From an uncultured Alphaproteobacteria bacterium (GTDB lineage Bacteria > Pseudomonadota > Alphaproteobacteria > HIMB59): 64,000 bases of DNA. The notes under the pieces were generated by a model that saw only the letters and a list, made by a program, of their open reading frames with translations, searched no databases and was not told the DNA's origin. Each line of letters opens with the position of its first letter. Positions within the stretch are counted from its first letter, which is position 1. Below, piece after piece: positions 32,085-45,401 of this stretch. The stretch is taken from positions 7,381 through 71,380 of the forward strand of contig CACNLH010000007.1 in NCBI GenBank assembly GCA_902621205.1, read 5' to 3'. A program made the translations under genes and the position numbers.

Positions 32085-33473
32085 TTATTTGAAAAGAGTA
32101 TCTACTAAATTAATTAAAGGGTCTGGATAGATGAAAAATAAAGTTATAATTAATCCAGATGATATAAATATAACTTTGCCTGTTTTGTTATTATCATCTA
32201 GTAACTCTATTTCTGATTTATTGAAAAACATATTCTTAATAATTGTTAAGTAATAGAATGCAGCAATTACTGAACTTAAAACAGCAATAATTGATAATAA
32301 AATAAATCCATCGTTTATAGAAGCTGAAAGAATGAAGAACTTTGCAAAGAACCCCGCAAAAGGTGGTATTCCTGAGAGAGAAAAGAAAAACACTAACATG
32401 CTTATAGATTTAGAATTTGAGGTAAATCTTAAACCATTGAGTTGGGATATTTTTGTAAACTCCCCATCTACAGTTCTCAAGTTCAGTAAAACAGCAAAAA
32501 TACCAAACGTAGTAATCAGATAAATAATCAAGTAAAAAAATAATGTACCCTCAGACATAAATTGGTAACTCATTATTCCGAGAAGCATAAAACCAATGTG
32601 GTTGATGGAGCTGAAGGCCAGAAGTCTTTTTATAACTTTTTGTGTAATGGCTCCATACACTCCTACTAATAATGAAATAGCACATACCATTTGAAAAATA
32701 TAATTAAGAGATTTGATTTCAGAAATGTTTAGTTCTTGATAAACCCTGAATAAAAATATTAATGATGCAAATTTAGGTAAAGTTGCAAAAAAGAGTGTAG
32801 ATATAGTTGGAGATCCTTCGTACACATCAGGTGTCCAAATATGAAATGGAGCAGCGGAAACTTTAAAAAATAAAGAAATAAGAACTAATGATAACCCTAT
32901 TTCGCTTATTGCAGTGAGATTATCTAGGTATTGTATATTAAAAGACCCAGTATCGTAATAAATCATTGAAATACCAAATAGAAGAAATCCTGATGATAAA
33001 GCACCAAGAGAAAAATATTTTATACCTGCTTCATTTGAAGATAAATTTTTAGTATTGAAAGCAGCCATCAAGTACAAGGATAAAGATTGTAACTCTAAAC
33101 CAATAAAAGCTGTTAAAAAATTATTACTAGAAATTAGAACAAATGAGCCAAGAATAGCAAACAGTAAAAATAACACGTATTCGTATCTATATAAATTTTC
33201 ATTCTTCAAGGGTCTTTTTAACAGTAATATGAATACGATTGAGCCAATAGATAAAATAATCTTAGATAAAACAAATAAGTTAATCGTATTAAGTGATATT
33301 TGTGTGGAGCTATAAAATTCTTTTCCATAATTTAAAAGCAAAATACTCAACAAGATGAAACCTAAAGTATTTAAAGATACAGCCCTGTCCTTATTAAATA
33401 ATCCAAAACATAAGGTTATCAAAATCAAAGATAAGATAAAAATTTCTGGTATGAATTGATATAAATTAACCAT
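32085..33473 (-). CDS. nuoN: NADH-quinone oxidoreductase subunit N
   Basis: EAGIKYF, PFHIWTPDVYEG, GIPPFAGF. Confidence 0.96.
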   Translation of the reverse strand: MVNLYQFIPEIFILSLILITLCFGLFNKDRAVSLNTLGFILLSILLLNYGKEFYSSTQISLNTINLFVLSKIILSIGSIVFILLLKRPLKNENLYRYEYVLFLLFAILGSFVLISSNNFLTAFIGLELQSLSLYLMAAFNTKNLSSNEAGIKYFSLGALSSGFLLFGISMIYYDTGSFNIQYLDNLTAISEIGLSLVLISLFFKVSAAPFHIWTPDVYEGSPTISTLFFATLPKFASLIFLFRVYQELNISEIKSLNYIFQMVCAISLLVGVYGAITQKVIKRLLAFSSINHIGFMLLGIMSYQFMSEGTLFFYLIIYLITTFGIFAVLLNLRTVDGEFTKISQLNGLRFTSNSKSISMLVFFFSLSGIPPFAGFFAKFFILSASINDGFILLSIIAVLSSVIAAFYYLTIIKNMFFNKSEIELLDDNNKTGKVIFISSGLIITLFFIYPDPLINLVDTLFK

Positions 33474-34927
33474 TATATAATGCTTAAGGAAATACTCTTA
33501 TTTATCATTTCAAATAAAAGTTTTGGATAAATTCCTAAAAGCATTGTGAGAAATGCTAAACAGGAGAAGTAGAAAATTTCAATATTTGTTAAGTCAGCTA
33601 ATTGCTTTATATCTGATTTTAAATCTCCGAAATTAATATTTTTATACAATAAGAGCATGTATGAAGCTCCTAAAATTACTCCAATAGCGGTAAAAAAAGT
33701 GAGATAAACACTAACACTTATAGTTGACATTATAACTAAGAACTCCCCAACAAAACCACTAGTTCCAGGAAGGCCCACAGATGAGAGCATAAAAATCATA
33801 AAAAAGAATGAATATTTAGGCATTACATTTGTTACACCACTATAATCAGATATCATTCTGGTGTGATGTCTTTCGTATAACACACCAACTATTAAAAATA
33901 ATGCTGCAGAAACAATTCCATGACTTATCATCTGAAAATATGCACCATTAATTCCATCTTGAGTTAAAGTGAAAATGCCAATTGTAACAAATCCCATATG
34001 AGCAACAGAGGAATAAGCAATCATTTTTTTCATATCTAGTTGTCTTAAAGCTACGATTGAAGTGTAAACAATAGCTACACAACTTAGTGCGAAAATCATT
34101 GGTTGAAAATAAATTGAGGCATACTCAAAAAAAGGTAAAGATAGTCTTATAAAACCGTATGCACCTAATTTAAGAAGTACACCGGCCAAAATTACTGATC
34201 CGCTCGTGGGCGCTTGAACGTGTGCATCAGGTAGCCATGTATGAAAAGGAAACATAGGTACCTTTACTGCAAAAGATGCAAAAAAACATAAAAAGAGAAC
34301 CAACTGAATTTGCTGATCAAATGTAAAGTCCGAAATTAACTCAATATTGCCTGATTTCACTTTAGAAATAATATAAATAATCGCAAGTAACATTAAAACA
34401 GATCCTGCTAGTGTGTAGAGAAAAAATTTGAAGGTAGCATAAAGTCTGTTCTCTCCTCCCCAAATTCCAATTATCAAAAACATCGGGATTAAAACAGCTT
34501 CAAAGAAAACGTAAAAAATTACAAGATCGATACTAACAAATACTCCTATAATAAAACTCTCAAGCAATAAAAAATAAATAACAAATTCTTTGGCTCTATT
34601 TTGAATAGAATTAATAGAACATAATAAACAAATAGGGACTAAGAATGTTGTCAGTAATATAAGTGGTATTGAAACACCATCAACTCCGACATAGTAATTT
34701 ATATCGAATTTATCAAACCAAGTATGAAACTCTATAAATTGATAACCATTTTTTGATTTATCATAAAAAATTGGTAATAGTAAACTAAGAAGAAATTCAC
34801 CTGTTGTTATCCATAAACCTGATAGAAAAATAGTTTTATTTTTTAATTGCGTGCTACTTGAAAGTGAGAGTGTTAATGCTCCTATAATAGGCGTAAGAAT
34901 TAATAGTGATAATATTGGGAAACTCAT
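33473..34927 (-). CDS. nuoM: NADH-quinone oxidoreductase subunit M
   Basis: HTWLPDAHVQAPT, IAYSSVAHMG, GLPGTSGFVGEF. Confidence 0.97.
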   Translation of the reverse strand: MSFPILSLLILTPIIGALTLSLSSSTQLKNKTIFLSGLWITTGEFLLSLLLPIFYDKSKNGYQFIEFHTWFDKFDINYYVGVDGVSIPLILLTTFLVPICLLCSINSIQNRAKEFVIYFLLLESFIIGVFVSIDLVIFYVFFEAVLIPMFLIIGIWGGENRLYATFKFFLYTLAGSVLMLLAIIYIISKVKSGNIELISDFTFDQQIQLVLFLCFFASFAVKVPMFPFHTWLPDAHVQAPTSGSVILAGVLLKLGAYGFIRLSLPFFEYASIYFQPMIFALSCVAIVYTSIVALRQLDMKKMIAYSSVAHMGFVTIGIFTLTQDGINGAYFQMISHGIVSAALFLIVGVLYERHHTRMISDYSGVTNVMPKYSFFFMIFMLSSVGLPGTSGFVGEFLVIMSTISVSVYLTFFTAIGVILGASYMLLLYKNINFGDLKSDIKQLADLTNIEIFYFSCLAFLTMLLGIYPKLLFEMINKSISLSII

Positions 34928-34928
34928 C

Positions 34929-36845
34929 TTAGGTTATGGATATATAAAAAATGATAGTTATAAAGAGTGTGAAACCAGAAATTATTATAAAAGTGTAATC
35001 GAAAATATACCCTGTTTGTATCCTTTTAAATGCTTTTGAAATTGTAGAAACTATCGAGGCACTTCCATTTGGTAAATACTTATCGATTATACCTTGGTCT
35101 ATTTTAATCCATAAAAACTTACCTAAATTGTAAAGTGGTAAAACAAAAATTTTGTTATAAAATTCATCAAAATACCATTTGTTCAAAATAAAATTATAGA
35201 TTGAGTAAAAACGTTTTTTTAAGTCAGCAAGTTTGTTTAAATTATAACCATAATAATAAACTGCTAGCCCTACACCAAAAGCTACCAAAGATTTTGATAA
35301 AATTGGATAAAAAGAGGAGTAGTATTGCTTATCTTGACTCAAAAATATTATTCCATTCCAGAAATTTTTTGAATTATATCCCGCTAATAAATCGTTTAGG
35401 AAGAAGCCTGCTAGAATTGCTCCTACGGAAAGTAATAACAATGGAACCAACATAAAAGGACCAGATTCATGAATTTTTTCATAATCATAAGATCCATTAT
35501 AATTCCCATGAAACACCTTAAATATGAGCCTAAAAGAGTAAAATGCGGTCATGGCAGAGACTATAGCCAAAATTACATAAACCAATGGGCCTAAACTAAT
35601 TAAGTTAAATGATGAACTTAAAATTAGATCCTTTGAAAAGTAACCTGATGAATATGGAAAACCTATAATAGCTAATGTACCTATCCACATCATTACTGCG
35701 GTGATTTTCATCTTTGAAAAAAGATTTCCCATTTTATCCATATCTTGCTCATCATGAACACCATGAATCACAGATCCTGAAGATAAAAAGAGTAATGCCT
35801 TAAAATAACCATGTGTTATTAAATGAAAAATTGCAATATTAAATGCGCCTAAACCACAAGCCACAAACATGAAACCCAACTGACTACAAGTTGAATAAGC
35901 TATCACCTTTTTTATATCTTTTTGAAAAAAGCCCACTGATGCAGCAAAGAATGCTGTTAATAGACCTATTATTAAAACAAAAGTCATAATGAAGTCAGAC
36001 ATGACCATTAATTCTGAAAATCTTACAGTCAAGAAAACACCAGCTGTTACCATTGTTGCTGCATGAATTAATGCTGAGACAGGTGTAGGTCCCTCCATAG
36101 CGTCAGGTAACCATGTATGAAAGCCAAACTGGGCAGATTTTCCCATGGCACCTATGAAAAGGAAAAAACAAGAAAAAATTAAAGCATTAATTTCAAATCC
36201 TAAAAAATTAATTTGATAGCTTAATAATTTCTCTTTCCCCGAAATTATTTCATTAATTGATAATGTGTCTAAAAATATATAGAGAGTTGCAATACCGATG
36301 AGAAATCCAAAATCTGCAACTCTATTTACTAAAAAAGCTTTCATTGCAGCTAAATTTGCAGACTTCTTATGATGCCAGAAACCTATCAATAAATAAGAGG
36401 CTAGACCAACACCCTCCCATCCAAAAAATAACTGAATTAAATTATCACTTACAACTAAGGCAACCATACAAAAGGTAAATAGACTCAAATAAGTCATGAA
36501 CCTTACTTTTGAGTTATCATGAGACATGTACTCAATTGAATAAATATGAACCAATGCAGAAACTGTGAGAACAAGTGTTAACATCAAAAGGGTAAGAGAA
36601 TTTACAGAAATTCCCCAATTAAAGAACTGACCAGAAACAAAAAACCACTCTAGAACAGGAATTATAATTTCAGATGATGAAGAACTAGAAAAACTAATAA
36701 ATAAGAACCAACTTAAAATAGCTGCTATAGATATTAGAGTAGAAGAGAAATATTGGGCAGTTTTTTCACCTAATAACACTCCAAAAGGATATGTAAAAAT
36801 GGTTGAAATTAGAGGAAGAAAAAAAAGTAATTTATAACTTAACAT
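34929..36845 (-). CDS. nuoL: NADH-quinone oxidoreductase subunit L
   Basis: GKSAQ...WLPDAMEGPTPVSALIHAATMV. Confidence 0.97.
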   Translation of the reverse strand: MLSYKLLFFLPLISTIFTYPFGVLLGEKTAQYFSSTLISIAAILSWFLFISFSSSSSSEIIIPVLEWFFVSGQFFNWGISVNSLTLLMLTLVLTVSALVHIYSIEYMSHDNSKVRFMTYLSLFTFCMVALVVSDNLIQLFFGWEGVGLASYLLIGFWHHKKSANLAAMKAFLVNRVADFGFLIGIATLYIFLDTLSINEIISGKEKLLSYQINFLGFEINALIFSCFFLFIGAMGKSAQFGFHTWLPDAMEGPTPVSALIHAATMVTAGVFLTVRFSELMVMSDFIMTFVLIIGLLTAFFAASVGFFQKDIKKVIAYSTCSQLGFMFVACGLGAFNIAIFHLITHGYFKALLFLSSGSVIHGVHDEQDMDKMGNLFSKMKITAVMMWIGTLAIIGFPYSSGYFSKDLILSSSFNLISLGPLVYVILAIVSAMTAFYSFRLIFKVFHGNYNGSYDYEKIHESGPFMLVPLLLLSVGAILAGFFLNDLLAGYNSKNFWNGIIFLSQDKQYYSSFYPILSKSLVAFGVGLAVYYYGYNLNKLADLKKRFYSIYNFILNKWYFDEFYNKIFVLPLYNLGKFLWIKIDQGIIDKYLPNGSASIVSTISKAFKRIQTGYIFDYTFIIISGFTLFITIIFYISIT

Positions 36846-37156
36846 TAATCTTTTAGTTGATTGATTTGAGTAATATCAATCTCTCCCTTATTTCTGAAAT
36901 AAATAACCAATATAGCTAGGCCAATGGCTGCTTCTGCAGCGGCAATAGTTAAAATAAAAATGGAGAATACCTGACCATTAATATCATTTAGGAAAACCGA
37001 AGCTGATACAAAATTAATATTTGCAGCCAATAATATAATTTCAATACACATTAAAATTAGAATCATATTTCTTCTATTTAAAAATAATCCGAAGCACCCA
37101 ATAATAAAAACAATTAAAGAAAGTATGAAGAAATGATTATAAGTAAGGCTAGTCAT
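36845..37156 (-). CDS. nuoK: NADH-quinone oxidoreductase subunit K
   Basis: LMCIEIILLA, AAAEAAIGLAI. Confidence 0.96.
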   Translation of the reverse strand: MTSLTYNHFFILSLIVFIIGCFGLFLNRRNMILILMCIEIILLAANINFVSASVFLNDINGQVFSIFILTIAAAEAAIGLAILVIYFRNKGEIDITQINQLKD

Positions 37157-37748
37157 CTTTAATACCTTCACCAGACTTAATTTTTACTAGTTTTACTCTA
37201 TCTTCGGCTGTAGTAGAGTTTTGACTTTCTATGTTTTGTCTTTTGATAGTTGGTCTATACACATGTGTTAAAACAATTGCACCAATCATAGCAAGCAACA
37301 AAACGATACCGCTTAACTGGAAATCAATAAAATACTCTGTGTAAAGCACATCTCCAATTTGCTCAGTATTATTTTTAGATCTAATGAAAGTGTCTAAATT
37401 ATCTTTTGAAGTTTTAAATACAGTTAAATAGATTATTTCAGCTAAAATTATACCAGCAAAAAGTAACGCAAGGGGTATATATCTTTTTATGTTGAACATT
37501 AAAGTTGTGATTTGAATATCGAGCATCATCACAACAAAAAGAAATAATATAGCTACTGCTCCTATATAAACGATCGCAAGAATAATACCAACGAACTCTG
37601 CACCAATAAGAATAAAAAGAAATGTAGAATTTAGAAAAGCTAATACAAGAAAGAGTACAGAGTTAACTGGATTTTTTGAAAATATAACAAATATACATGT
37701 GGTGATCAAAAATGCTGCGAACAAAAAAAAAGAGCCAACAAGAAACAT
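37149..37748 (-). CDS. nuoJ: NADH-quinone oxidoreductase subunit J
   Basis: NPVNSVLFL, VYIGAVAILFLFVVMML, AMIGAIVL. Confidence 0.96.
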   Translation of the reverse strand: MFLVGSFFLFAAFLITTCIFVIFSKNPVNSVLFLVLAFLNSTFLFILIGAEFVGIILAIVYIGAVAILFLFVVMMLDIQITTLMFNIKRYIPLALLFAGIILAEIIYLTVFKTSKDNLDTFIRSKNNTEQIGDVLYTEYFIDFQLSGIVLLLAMIGAIVLTHVYRPTIKRQNIESQNSTTAEDRVKLVKIKSGEGIKDD

Positions 37749-38236
37749 TATCTATATTTACTGTCCCTTTTTAAATTTTCGCTAATTTGTTTTTCCCAAA
37801 TATCACCGTTTCGTAAAAGCTTTTCCTTGTCATAAAGCAATTCTTCTCTTGTTTCAGTAGCGTATTCAAAATTGGGTCCTTCAACAATTGCATCTACTGG
37901 ACATGCCTCTTCGCATAAACCACAATAAATACACTTAGTCATATCAATATCATATCGGGTAGTTCTTCTACTCCCATCAGGTTTTGGTTCTGCTTCAATA
38001 GTTATAGCTTGCGCAGGGCAAACTGCTTCACATAACTTACACGCAATACATCTTTCCTCACCATTCGGATACCTTCTCAAAGCATGTTCCCCCCTAAAGC
38101 GAGGACTAATAGGACCCTTTTGATTAGGGTAATTAAGAGTGACTTTTGGCTTAAAAAAATAAGTTATCGTTAATTTCAAACCTTTCATTAATTCGAAAAG
38201 AGTAAAGGATTTTATGTATTTAATTAGTGTTGTCAT
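37748..38236 (-). CDS. nuoI: NADH-quinone oxidoreductase subunit I
   Basis: Two CxxCxxCxxxCP motifs; [11 protein letters not shown]. Confidence 0.98.
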   Translation of the reverse strand: MTTLIKYIKSFTLFELMKGLKLTITYFFKPKVTLNYPNQKGPISPRFRGEHALRRYPNGEERCIACKLCEAVCPAQAITIEAEPKPDGSRRTTRYDIDMTKCIYCGLCEEACPVDAIVEGPNFEYATETREELLYDKEKLLRNGDIWEKQISENLKRDSKYR

Positions 38237-38238
38237 TG

Positions 38239-39237
38239 TTAGTTAGGTAATAGTCCAAAGTAAAATAAAAATGCTGATGTAATAACTACCCAAATCAAGG
38301 TAAAAGGTAGAAAGATTTTCCAGCCAAGTCGCATAAGTTGGTCATATCTATATCTTGGAAAAGTTGCTCTGACCCATAAAAACACAAAAAGAATTAAAAA
38401 TACTTTAATTACAAACCAAAATATTCCAGGTATTGCGTTTAAAGGGAATATATCTATTGGAGGGTACCAACCTCCTAAAAATAGAATTACAGTTAGAGAG
38501 CTCATTAAAATCATATTGGCGTATTCTGCTAAAAAAAATAAGCCAAATGATATTGATGAGTATTCGGTAAAAAAACCTGCAACTAATGTGGCTTCATCTT
38601 CAGGCAAATCAAATGGGAGTCTATTTGTTTCAGCTAATGCTGAAATAATAAATATAACAAACATAGGTAACAGTGGTATAGCAAACCACATATTCTTTTG
38701 ACTCTCCACAATATCAATTAAATTTAATGAGCCGACACAAATCAAAACTGTTATTATTACAAAACCTATTGATACTTCATAAGAAATCATCTGAGCTGCT
38801 GATCTCAATGCACCTAAAAAAGGATACTTAGAATTACTAGCCCAACCAGCAATAATGACTCCATAAACACCAAACGATGACACAGCGAACAAATATAGAA
38901 TACCTATATTTATATTTGCTATAACATAAGTTGAGCTAATTGGGATAACAGCCCAAGCTATTAAACTTAATATTAAAGTAAGCATAGGCGCAAAGATAAA
39001 AAGGAATTTGTTTGAGCTAGAGGGAAGTAAATTCTCCTTAGTGAGTAATTTTAATACATCAGCAAAACTCTGTAGTATTCCGAATGGTCCAACTACGTTA
39101 GGGCCTTTTCTTAATTGAACAGCACCAAGCACTTTTCTTTCTAAGTAAACTAATAATGCAACAGAAACTAGTACAGGGACAACAAAACTAAATATTTTTA
39201 ATATACCAATTGTTAACTCAAAGGATAAACTTGTCAT
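38239..39237 (-). CDS. nuoH: NADH-quinone oxidoreductase subunit H
   Basis: [28 protein letters not shown]. Confidence 0.98.
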   Translation of the reverse strand: MTSLSFELTIGILKIFSFVVPVLVSVALLVYLERKVLGAVQLRKGPNVVGPFGILQSFADVLKLLTKENLLPSSSNKFLFIFAPMLTLILSLIAWAVIPISSTYVIANINIGILYLFAVSSFGVYGVIIAGWASNSKYPFLGALRSAAQMISYEVSIGFVIITVLICVGSLNLIDIVESQKNMWFAIPLLPMFVIFIISALAETNRLPFDLPEDEATLVAGFFTEYSSISFGLFFLAEYANMILMSSLTVILFLGGWYPPIDIFPLNAIPGIFWFVIKVFLILFVFLWVRATFPRYRYDQLMRLGWKIFLPFTLIWVVITSAFLFYFGLLPN

Positions 39238-41270
39238 TATGCTGATTTCTCCAAAAGAGATGGAGTTGAAATTATTTCATCAACACATTTGGCCATAGTG
39301 ACAGAATTTTTTGAAATCACATCTGACATATAAAAATTACTTACAGGATATTCTGCCTTACAATCTTCAAATTCAATATATGGTGTAATTGAAATTGAAT
39401 TTTCAACAGCTATGATTTCATGATAATCAGAAAGAATTGGGTGTTTGTCAAATAACTCAGATCTTAATTGATCAAATGTATTTGGGATAAAATCAAAAGA
39501 TAATTCATCAGATAGTTTTTTTAGTATCGACCACTCTTCTTTGGCGGATCCAATTGGATTATGGCATTTTTTTGCTTCTTGAGGTCTGCCTTCAATATTT
39601 ACAAAAGTACCATTTTTCTCTGTATAAAGAGGTGTTGGCAAAACAATATCAGACCCCATCGCTCCATCATCACCATGATGGCCAAAATAAACTTTAAAAC
39701 AGTTATTGAACTGCTCGTCGGCAATATGTTCTGAGCCAAAAGAAAGAACCAATTCAAAATTATCTTTTTTTAAATTAGAAAACGGCTCACAAAGGTTATT
39801 AGTAGTATTACCTATAATCAATTGGCCCACACGTGAGGCATATGGATTTAAAAAATTTAGATTATTTTTTTCTTTTGTAATAACTTTGTATTTATCAGCA
39901 TATGAAAAAATAGATTTTAAAGTTTTAATATTTTTAATTTTATTTAAAAACGCAGAGCCAATAATTATAAGAGGGTTAGTAGATTTTTTTAATGCTTTGA
40001 TTATATTTTCATTATTTAAATTTGATAAACTTTCTCCTAGATACTCTGTTTTATAGTTCAAAGATATATTTTCACCAATGTTAAATACTTTTGCGTCATT
40101 ATTATAAGCTTTGAATATCTTATGATTTATGATTGGTGTTTCTATTTTTGGGTTTGTACCTACAAGAATAATTAAATCTGCATTTTCTATATCCTTCAAA
40201 GGTGTGTTAAAACGATAACTATCTAAGCTTTCTAGGATAGCATGATTATCAGTTCGACACTCCACATTGTCTTTACCATAATTTGACATAAATTTTTTGA
40301 TTGCATATCCGGTTTCTAAATCTACGTGCTCACCAATCAAAGCTAATGGTTTTAAAGTTTTTAATTTATCTTTTAAAACTTTTAAAGACTCTTCCCAATT
40401 TGATATTGATAATTTTTGGTTTTCTTTAATATAGGGTGTGTCTATTCTTTGTTGGTAATAGCCATCATAGTTAAATCGAACTTTATCTGATATCCACTCT
40501 TCATTTATGTATTCATTTGTTCTTGGTGTAACTCTTAAAATCTCCTCTGCTCTACTATCGACTCTGATATTAGAACCAACACTATCGAAGATATCGATTG
40601 AGTCTGTGCGTTTTAGCTCCCAAGGACGTGCTTTAAATTGATATGGCTTACTCGTAAGTGCTCCTACAGGGCATAAATCAATTACGTTACCTGAAAGCTC
40701 TGAAGTGATTGATTGTTCAAGATAAGTGGTAATTTCTGCATTCTCTCCCCTACCTAACATGCCTAATTCTGGAACTCCAGCTACTTCAGTGGCAAATCTT
40801 ACACACCTAGTGCAATGGATGCATCTAGTCATTATAGTGTTTACCAAAGGTCCCATATTTTTATTATCTACAGCCCTTTTATTCTCTTTATATCTAGATT
40901 TGTCGAAACCGTAGTACATGGCCTGATCCTGTAAATCGCATTCTCCACCTTGATCACATATTGGGCAATCTAATGGGTGATTAATTAATAAAAACTCCAT
41001 TACACCTTTTCTACCTGCATTTACTTTTTCAGAATTGGTGATTATCGACATGCCCTCCATTAGAGGCATAGTGCAGGAAGATACTAATTTTGGAGCTTTT
41101 TCAATTTCCACTAAACACATTCTACAGTTACCAGCTATAGAGAGTTTGTCGTGATAGCAAAATCTTGGAATTTCTTCACCAGCGATTTCACAGGCTTGCA
41201 TCACAGTAAGATTTTTATCTACCTGAATTTCTTTTTGATTAACTTTAATTTTTATTAAATCGTCACTCAT
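39237..41270 (-). CDS. nuoG: NADH-quinone oxidoreductase subunit G
   Basis: [38 protein letters not shown]. Confidence 0.98.
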   Translation of the reverse strand: MSDDLIKIKVNQKEIQVDKNLTVMQACEIAGEEIPRFCYHDKLSIAGNCRMCLVEIEKAPKLVSSCTMPLMEGMSIITNSEKVNAGRKGVMEFLLINHPLDCPICDQGGECDLQDQAMYYGFDKSRYKENKRAVDNKNMGPLVNTIMTRCIHCTRCVRFATEVAGVPELGMLGRGENAEITTYLEQSITSELSGNVIDLCPVGALTSKPYQFKARPWELKRTDSIDIFDSVGSNIRVDSRAEEILRVTPRTNEYINEEWISDKVRFNYDGYYQQRIDTPYIKENQKLSISNWEESLKVLKDKLKTLKPLALIGEHVDLETGYAIKKFMSNYGKDNVECRTDNHAILESLDSYRFNTPLKDIENADLIILVGTNPKIETPIINHKIFKAYNNDAKVFNIGENISLNYKTEYLGESLSNLNNENIIKALKKSTNPLIIIGSAFLNKIKNIKTLKSIFSYADKYKVITKEKNNLNFLNPYASRVGQLIIGNTTNNLCEPFSNLKKDNFELVLSFGSEHIADEQFNNCFKVYFGHHGDDGAMGSDIVLPTPLYTEKNGTFVNIEGRPQEAKKCHNPIGSAKEEWSILKKLSDELSFDFIPNTFDQLRSELFDKHPILSDYHEIIAVENSISITPYIEFEDCKAEYPVSNFYMSDVISKNSVTMAKCVDEIISTPSLLEKSA

Positions 41271-42538
41271 GAAGCTTTTAACTTTTTATTATACTTACTT
41301 ATTAACTCTGATTTAAAATTTTTAATGAGTCCTTGTATAGGCCAAGCAGCTGCATCTCCTAAAGCGCAGATAGTATGACCCTCTACTTGCTTTGTAACAT
41401 TTTCTAAAAGCTCTATTTGTTCAGGAGATATCTCTCCTCTAACTAATCTCTGCATCATTCTATGCATCCAGCCTGTTCCTTCTCTACAAGGTGTACATTG
41501 ACCACAACTTTCATGTTTGTAAAAGTGAGCAAACCTCTCAATTACCTCAGCAATATCATTATTCTTGTTAACAACAATCACTCCAGCTGTACCTAAACCT
41601 GAGCCATTAGCTTTTAGGTCATCAAAATTCATTAGAACTGACTCACAAATATTTTTTGGAAGCATTGGGGTACTAGAACCTCCTGGTACTATCGCCTTTA
41701 AATTATCCCATCCTCCCTCAACTCCATCACAATGCTTTTCAACTAATTCTTTAAGTGGTATTCCCATTTCCTCTTCTATTGTGCATGGCTTATTAACATT
41801 ACCAGATATGCAAAAAATTTTTGTGCCTGTATTATTTTCAGCACCAATTGACTTAAACCAATCTGGGCCTCTTCTTAAAATAGTTGGAACTACTGCAATT
41901 GACTCCACATTGTTAATAGTTGTCGGCATACCATATAAACCTACACCAGCAGGAAAAGGAGGTTTTAATCTTGGTTGTCCTTTTTTTCCTTCTAAACTTT
42001 CTAAAAGAGCTGTCTCTTCTCCACATATATAAGCTCCAGCACCCCTATGAACATAAAGATCAAAATCAAATCCGATACCACAAGCATTTTTTCCGATAAA
42101 GCCTCGTTCATATGCCTCTTCTATTGCCTTTTCTAATTGGACATATTCGTAGTGGTATTCGCCCCTGATGTATATGTAACATTTAGAGGCTTGAATTGCG
42201 TATGAAGCTATCAAGCACCCTTCTACAAGAGTATGTGGGTCATTTCTAATAATTTCTCTATCTTTGCAAGTACCAGGTTCTGACTCATCAGCATTGACAA
42301 CCAAATAATGCTGTTTACCAGTGTTCTTTGGCATGAATGACCATTTAAGACCTGTAGAAAATCCAGCTCCACCTCTTCCTCTTAACTGACTGGATTTAAC
42401 TAATTCAATAATATCATTTTGATCTTTAGACAAAATTTCTTTTGTGTTTGACCAGGAGCCTCTTTTTAAAGCTCCTTCTATGAAGGGTTCTTGAAAACCA
42501 TGAAGGTTTTGAAAAACTTTATCTTTTTCATTAAGCAT
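41267..42538 (-). CDS. nuoF: NADH-quinone oxidoreductase subunit F
   Basis: [41 protein letters not shown]; start at ATG 42538. Confidence 0.98.
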   Translation of the reverse strand: MLNEKDKVFQNLHGFQEPFIEGALKRGSWSNTKEILSKDQNDIIELVKSSQLRGRGGAGFSTGLKWSFMPKNTGKQHYLVVNADESEPGTCKDREIIRNDPHTLVEGCLIASYAIQASKCYIYIRGEYHYEYVQLEKAIEEAYERGFIGKNACGIGFDFDLYVHRGAGAYICGEETALLESLEGKKGQPRLKPPFPAGVGLYGMPTTINNVESIAVVPTILRRGPDWFKSIGAENNTGTKIFCISGNVNKPCTIEEEMGIPLKELVEKHCDGVEGGWDNLKAIVPGGSSTPMLPKNICESVLMNFDDLKANGSGLGTAGVIVVNKNNDIAEVIERFAHFYKHESCGQCTPCREGTGWMHRMMQRLVRGEISPEQIELLENVTKQVEGHTICALGDAAAWPIQGLIKNFKSELISKYNKKLKAS

Positions 42539-43118
42539 TTTCTGAACTTCTCCTGCCTTTTTGAGAACCAATAACATTTGGTTTTCCCTCTTTAATATTG
42601 TCTATAATTTTTTTTGTAGACTCTTCATCTAAATCCTCATAGAAATCATTATTGATTTGTATCATAGGTCCATTTGAGCAAGCACCTAGACACTCTACTT
42701 CAACAACTGTAAATTTATTATCGTCACTGGTATCATTAATTTCACATTTTGTTTCTTTACAAATAGTTTTCGTAATCTTATTTGAACCTCTAAGCCAACA
42801 AGGAGAGGTTCTACAAATCTGAACAAGATTTTCTCCAACAGGTCTTGTATTATACATTGAATAAAATGAGGCCACTTCTGTGACTCTTATTTTAGGCATA
42901 TTTAAAGTTTCAGCGATTGTTTCTATACATTCGATACTTATCCAATTATTGTTTTGCTCTTGCGCCAAATATAGAAGAGGCATAACTGCGCTTTGTTCTC
43001 TGCCTTTAGGATATTTAGAAATTATATTTTTAATTGATCTTAGATTATCTTTAGACCAAGAAAACTTTTCGCCCGATCTAGAAAAATTATTTGATAAACC
43101 TGGATGATTACCGCTCAT
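42531..43118 (-). CDS. nuoE: NADH-quinone oxidoreductase subunit E
   Basis: CRTSPC, ECLGAC; 2Fe-2S thioredoxin-like domain. Confidence 0.96.
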   Translation of the reverse strand: MSGNHPGLSNNFSRSGEKFSWSKDNLRSIKNIISKYPKGREQSAVMPLLYLAQEQNNNWISIECIETIAETLNMPKIRVTEVASFYSMYNTRPVGENLVQICRTSPCWLRGSNKITKTICKETKCEINDTSDDNKFTVVEVECLGACSNGPMIQINNDFYEDLDEESTKKIIDNIKEGKPNVIGSQKGRRSSENA

Positions 43119-44290
43119 CTATCTACCTCTCCAAATACTATATCTAAACTTCCTAAAATTGATGGTACGTCAGCTAGTTGGTGGCCCTTTGATAAAAAAT
43201 GTAATGCCTGTAAATGGACAAAGCCCGGCGCTCTCAACTTACATCGATATGGTTTGGAACTTCCATCTGAAACTAATACAACACCAAATTCTCCTTTTGG
43301 TGCCTCTACGCTTTTGTAAGTAATACCCTCAGGAACCCTATAACCCTCGGTAAATAATTTAAAATGATGAATAATAGCTTCCATTGAGTTTTTCATTTCT
43401 GATCTTTTAGGTGGAGTAATTTTATTATTCTCAACCATTACGGGTCCTTCTGGAATATTTTCAATACATTGTAAGATTATCTTAACTGACTCTCTCATCT
43501 CCTCCATTCTCACCAAATATCTATCATAGGTGTCACCAGTTTTTCCAACTGGTATGTCGAAATCTAAATCCTCATAAACATCATAAGGTTGAGATTTTCT
43601 TAAATCCCAAGCTACACCACTAGCACGAAGAACAGGGCCACTGCAACTTAGTCTTATTGCATCATCTTTCTTTAAAATACCTATATCAACAGATCGTTGT
43701 TTAAATATTCTATTTTCAGTAAGTAGTTCTTCAAGCGTATCTATAAATTTAGGAAAGTTAGTAAAGTACTTTTTCATTTTTTCTAACAAATTTTCAGGCA
43801 AGTCTTGGTGAACTCCACCAGGTCGAAAATAAGCTGCATGAAATCTGGCACCAGATACAGCTTCATGGAACTCCAACATTTTTTCTCTTTCTTCAAAAGC
43901 CCACAGCATTGGAGTAGCAGCACCTATATCCATAGCAAACGCTGGAATATTTAATAAATGATTTAGTATCCTAGTAACTTCTGCAAACATAACTCTGATG
44001 TATTGAGCTCGTTTAGGAGCTTCAATATTTAATAAATTCTCAACAGCTAAAGCGAAAGCATGTTCTTGACACATTGGTGAGACATAATCTAGACGATCAA
44101 AATATGGAATAGCTTGAGTATAAGTTTTCTGTTCAATTAATTTTTCAGTTCCTCTATGCAAAAGTCCAATGTGGGGTTCAGCTTTATTAACTACCTCCCC
44201 TTCTAATTGTACAAGAAGTCTTAAAACACCATGAGCGGCAGGATGTTGGGGTCCAAAGTTTAGAGTTACAGGTTTAAAGTTCTCTGACAT
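43115..44290 (-). CDS. nuoD: NADH-quinone oxidoreductase subunit D
   Basis: [32 protein letters not shown]. Confidence 0.98.
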   Translation of the reverse strand: MSENFKPVTLNFGPQHPAAHGVLRLLVQLEGEVVNKAEPHIGLLHRGTEKLIEQKTYTQAIPYFDRLDYVSPMCQEHAFALAVENLLNIEAPKRAQYIRVMFAEVTRILNHLLNIPAFAMDIGAATPMLWAFEEREKMLEFHEAVSGARFHAAYFRPGGVHQDLPENLLEKMKKYFTNFPKFIDTLEELLTENRIFKQRSVDIGILKKDDAIRLSCSGPVLRASGVAWDLRKSQPYDVYEDLDFDIPVGKTGDTYDRYLVRMEEMRESVKIILQCIENIPEGPVMVENNKITPPKRSEMKNSMEAIIHHFKLFTEGYRVPEGITYKSVEAPKGEFGVVLVSDGSSKPYRCKLRAPGFVHLQALHFLSKGHQLADVPSILGSLDIVFGEVDR

Positions 44291-44886
44291 TACTTCTTTT
44301 CAAGCTCCTCTTTAATTGTTTCTTTCATTCCCTCCCAGGGACTTTCATTGTCAAAATCTCTAAATTCCTGTTTTAATGTTACAGGTTCATAAACAACTTT
44401 TTTTAAGTTTTCATCATAACGAACCTCTTCATAACCCGTCAGAGGAAAGTCTTTTCTGAGCGGATGACCTTGAAAATTATAATCATTCATTATTCTTTGA
44501 AGATTTGGGTGATTAACAAAGTTTATGCCAAAAAGATCGTAACATTCTCTTTCAAACCAATCGGCAGACTCAAAAATTTGTGTTATTGAATTGATATCTA
44601 AATTATCTTCGGAAATGTTAGTAAAAATAAATAATCTTTTATTAAATTTTAAACTTAGAAAAGAGTAGATAAGAGTAAATCGTTCATTTGAATAACTTGA
44701 TTTGGATAGCATATTATCAGTTACAGTAATATCAATTAACTGGTCATAGAGTAGATCTTCGTCCTCTTTAATTTTTTGTGTTACTTCTAGTATGGAGTCT
44801 TTGTTAACTAATATATTGTCTATTCCAGACTTTATTGGAAAATGGAAGTTACCAGTTGAATATTTTTGTAAAATATTTGGAGACAA
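44290..44886 (-). CDS. nuoC: NADH-quinone oxidoreductase subunit C
   Basis: [23 protein letters not shown]. Confidence 0.96.
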   Translation of the reverse strand: MSPNILQKYSTGNFHFPIKSGIDNILVNKDSILEVTQKIKEDEDLLYDQLIDITVTDNMLSKSSYSNERFTLIYSFLSLKFNKRLFIFTNISEDNLDINSITQIFESADWFERECYDLFGINFVNHPNLQRIMNDYNFQGHPLRKDFPLTGYEEVRYDENLKKVVYEPVTLKQEFRDFDNESPWEGMKETIKEELEKK

Positions 44887-44891
44887 GAAAT

Positions 44892-45401
44892 TTACCTATA
44901 AATCTTCTTTTTCTTTTTGATTTTATCTTGAAGTTGCATAATGCCGTACAAAAGAGCTTCTGCTGTAGGTGGACATCCAGGGACATAAATATCAACAGGC
45001 ACTATCCTATCGCATCCTCGAACAACAGAGTAAGAGTAGTGATAATATCCTCCTCCATTAGCACAAGAACCCATAGAGATTACCCATCTTGGTTCAGGCA
45101 TTTGATCATAAACTTTTCTCAAAGCAGAAGCCATTTTGTTTGTAAGAGTTCCCGCAACAATCATTACATCAGATTGTCTTGGAGAACCTCTTGGAATTAC
45201 ACCTAAACGATCTAGATCGTATCTACTCATATAGGAGTGCATCATCTCAACACCACAACATGCTAAACCGAAAGTCATAGGCCATAAAGATCCTGACCTC
45301 GCCCAATTTATTAAATTTTCAAATGATGCTGTTACAAAACCTTTTTTTTCAAATAGCTCATCAATATTTAATGATTTGTCTTTTTCTAATACTACTCCCA
45401 A
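44892..45401 (-). CDS. nuoB: NADH-quinone oxidoreductase subunit B
   Basis: [23 protein letters not shown]; probable TTG start at 45401 overlapping the end of nuoA. Confidence 0.97.
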   Translation of the reverse strand: MGVVLEKDKSLNIDELFEKKGFVTASFENLINWARSGSLWPMTFGLACCGVEMMHSYMSRYDLDRLGVIPRGSPRQSDVMIVAGTLTNKMASALRKVYDQMPEPRWVISMGSCANGGGYYHYSYSVVRGCDRIVPVDIYVPGCPPTAEALLYGIMQLQDKIKKKKKIYR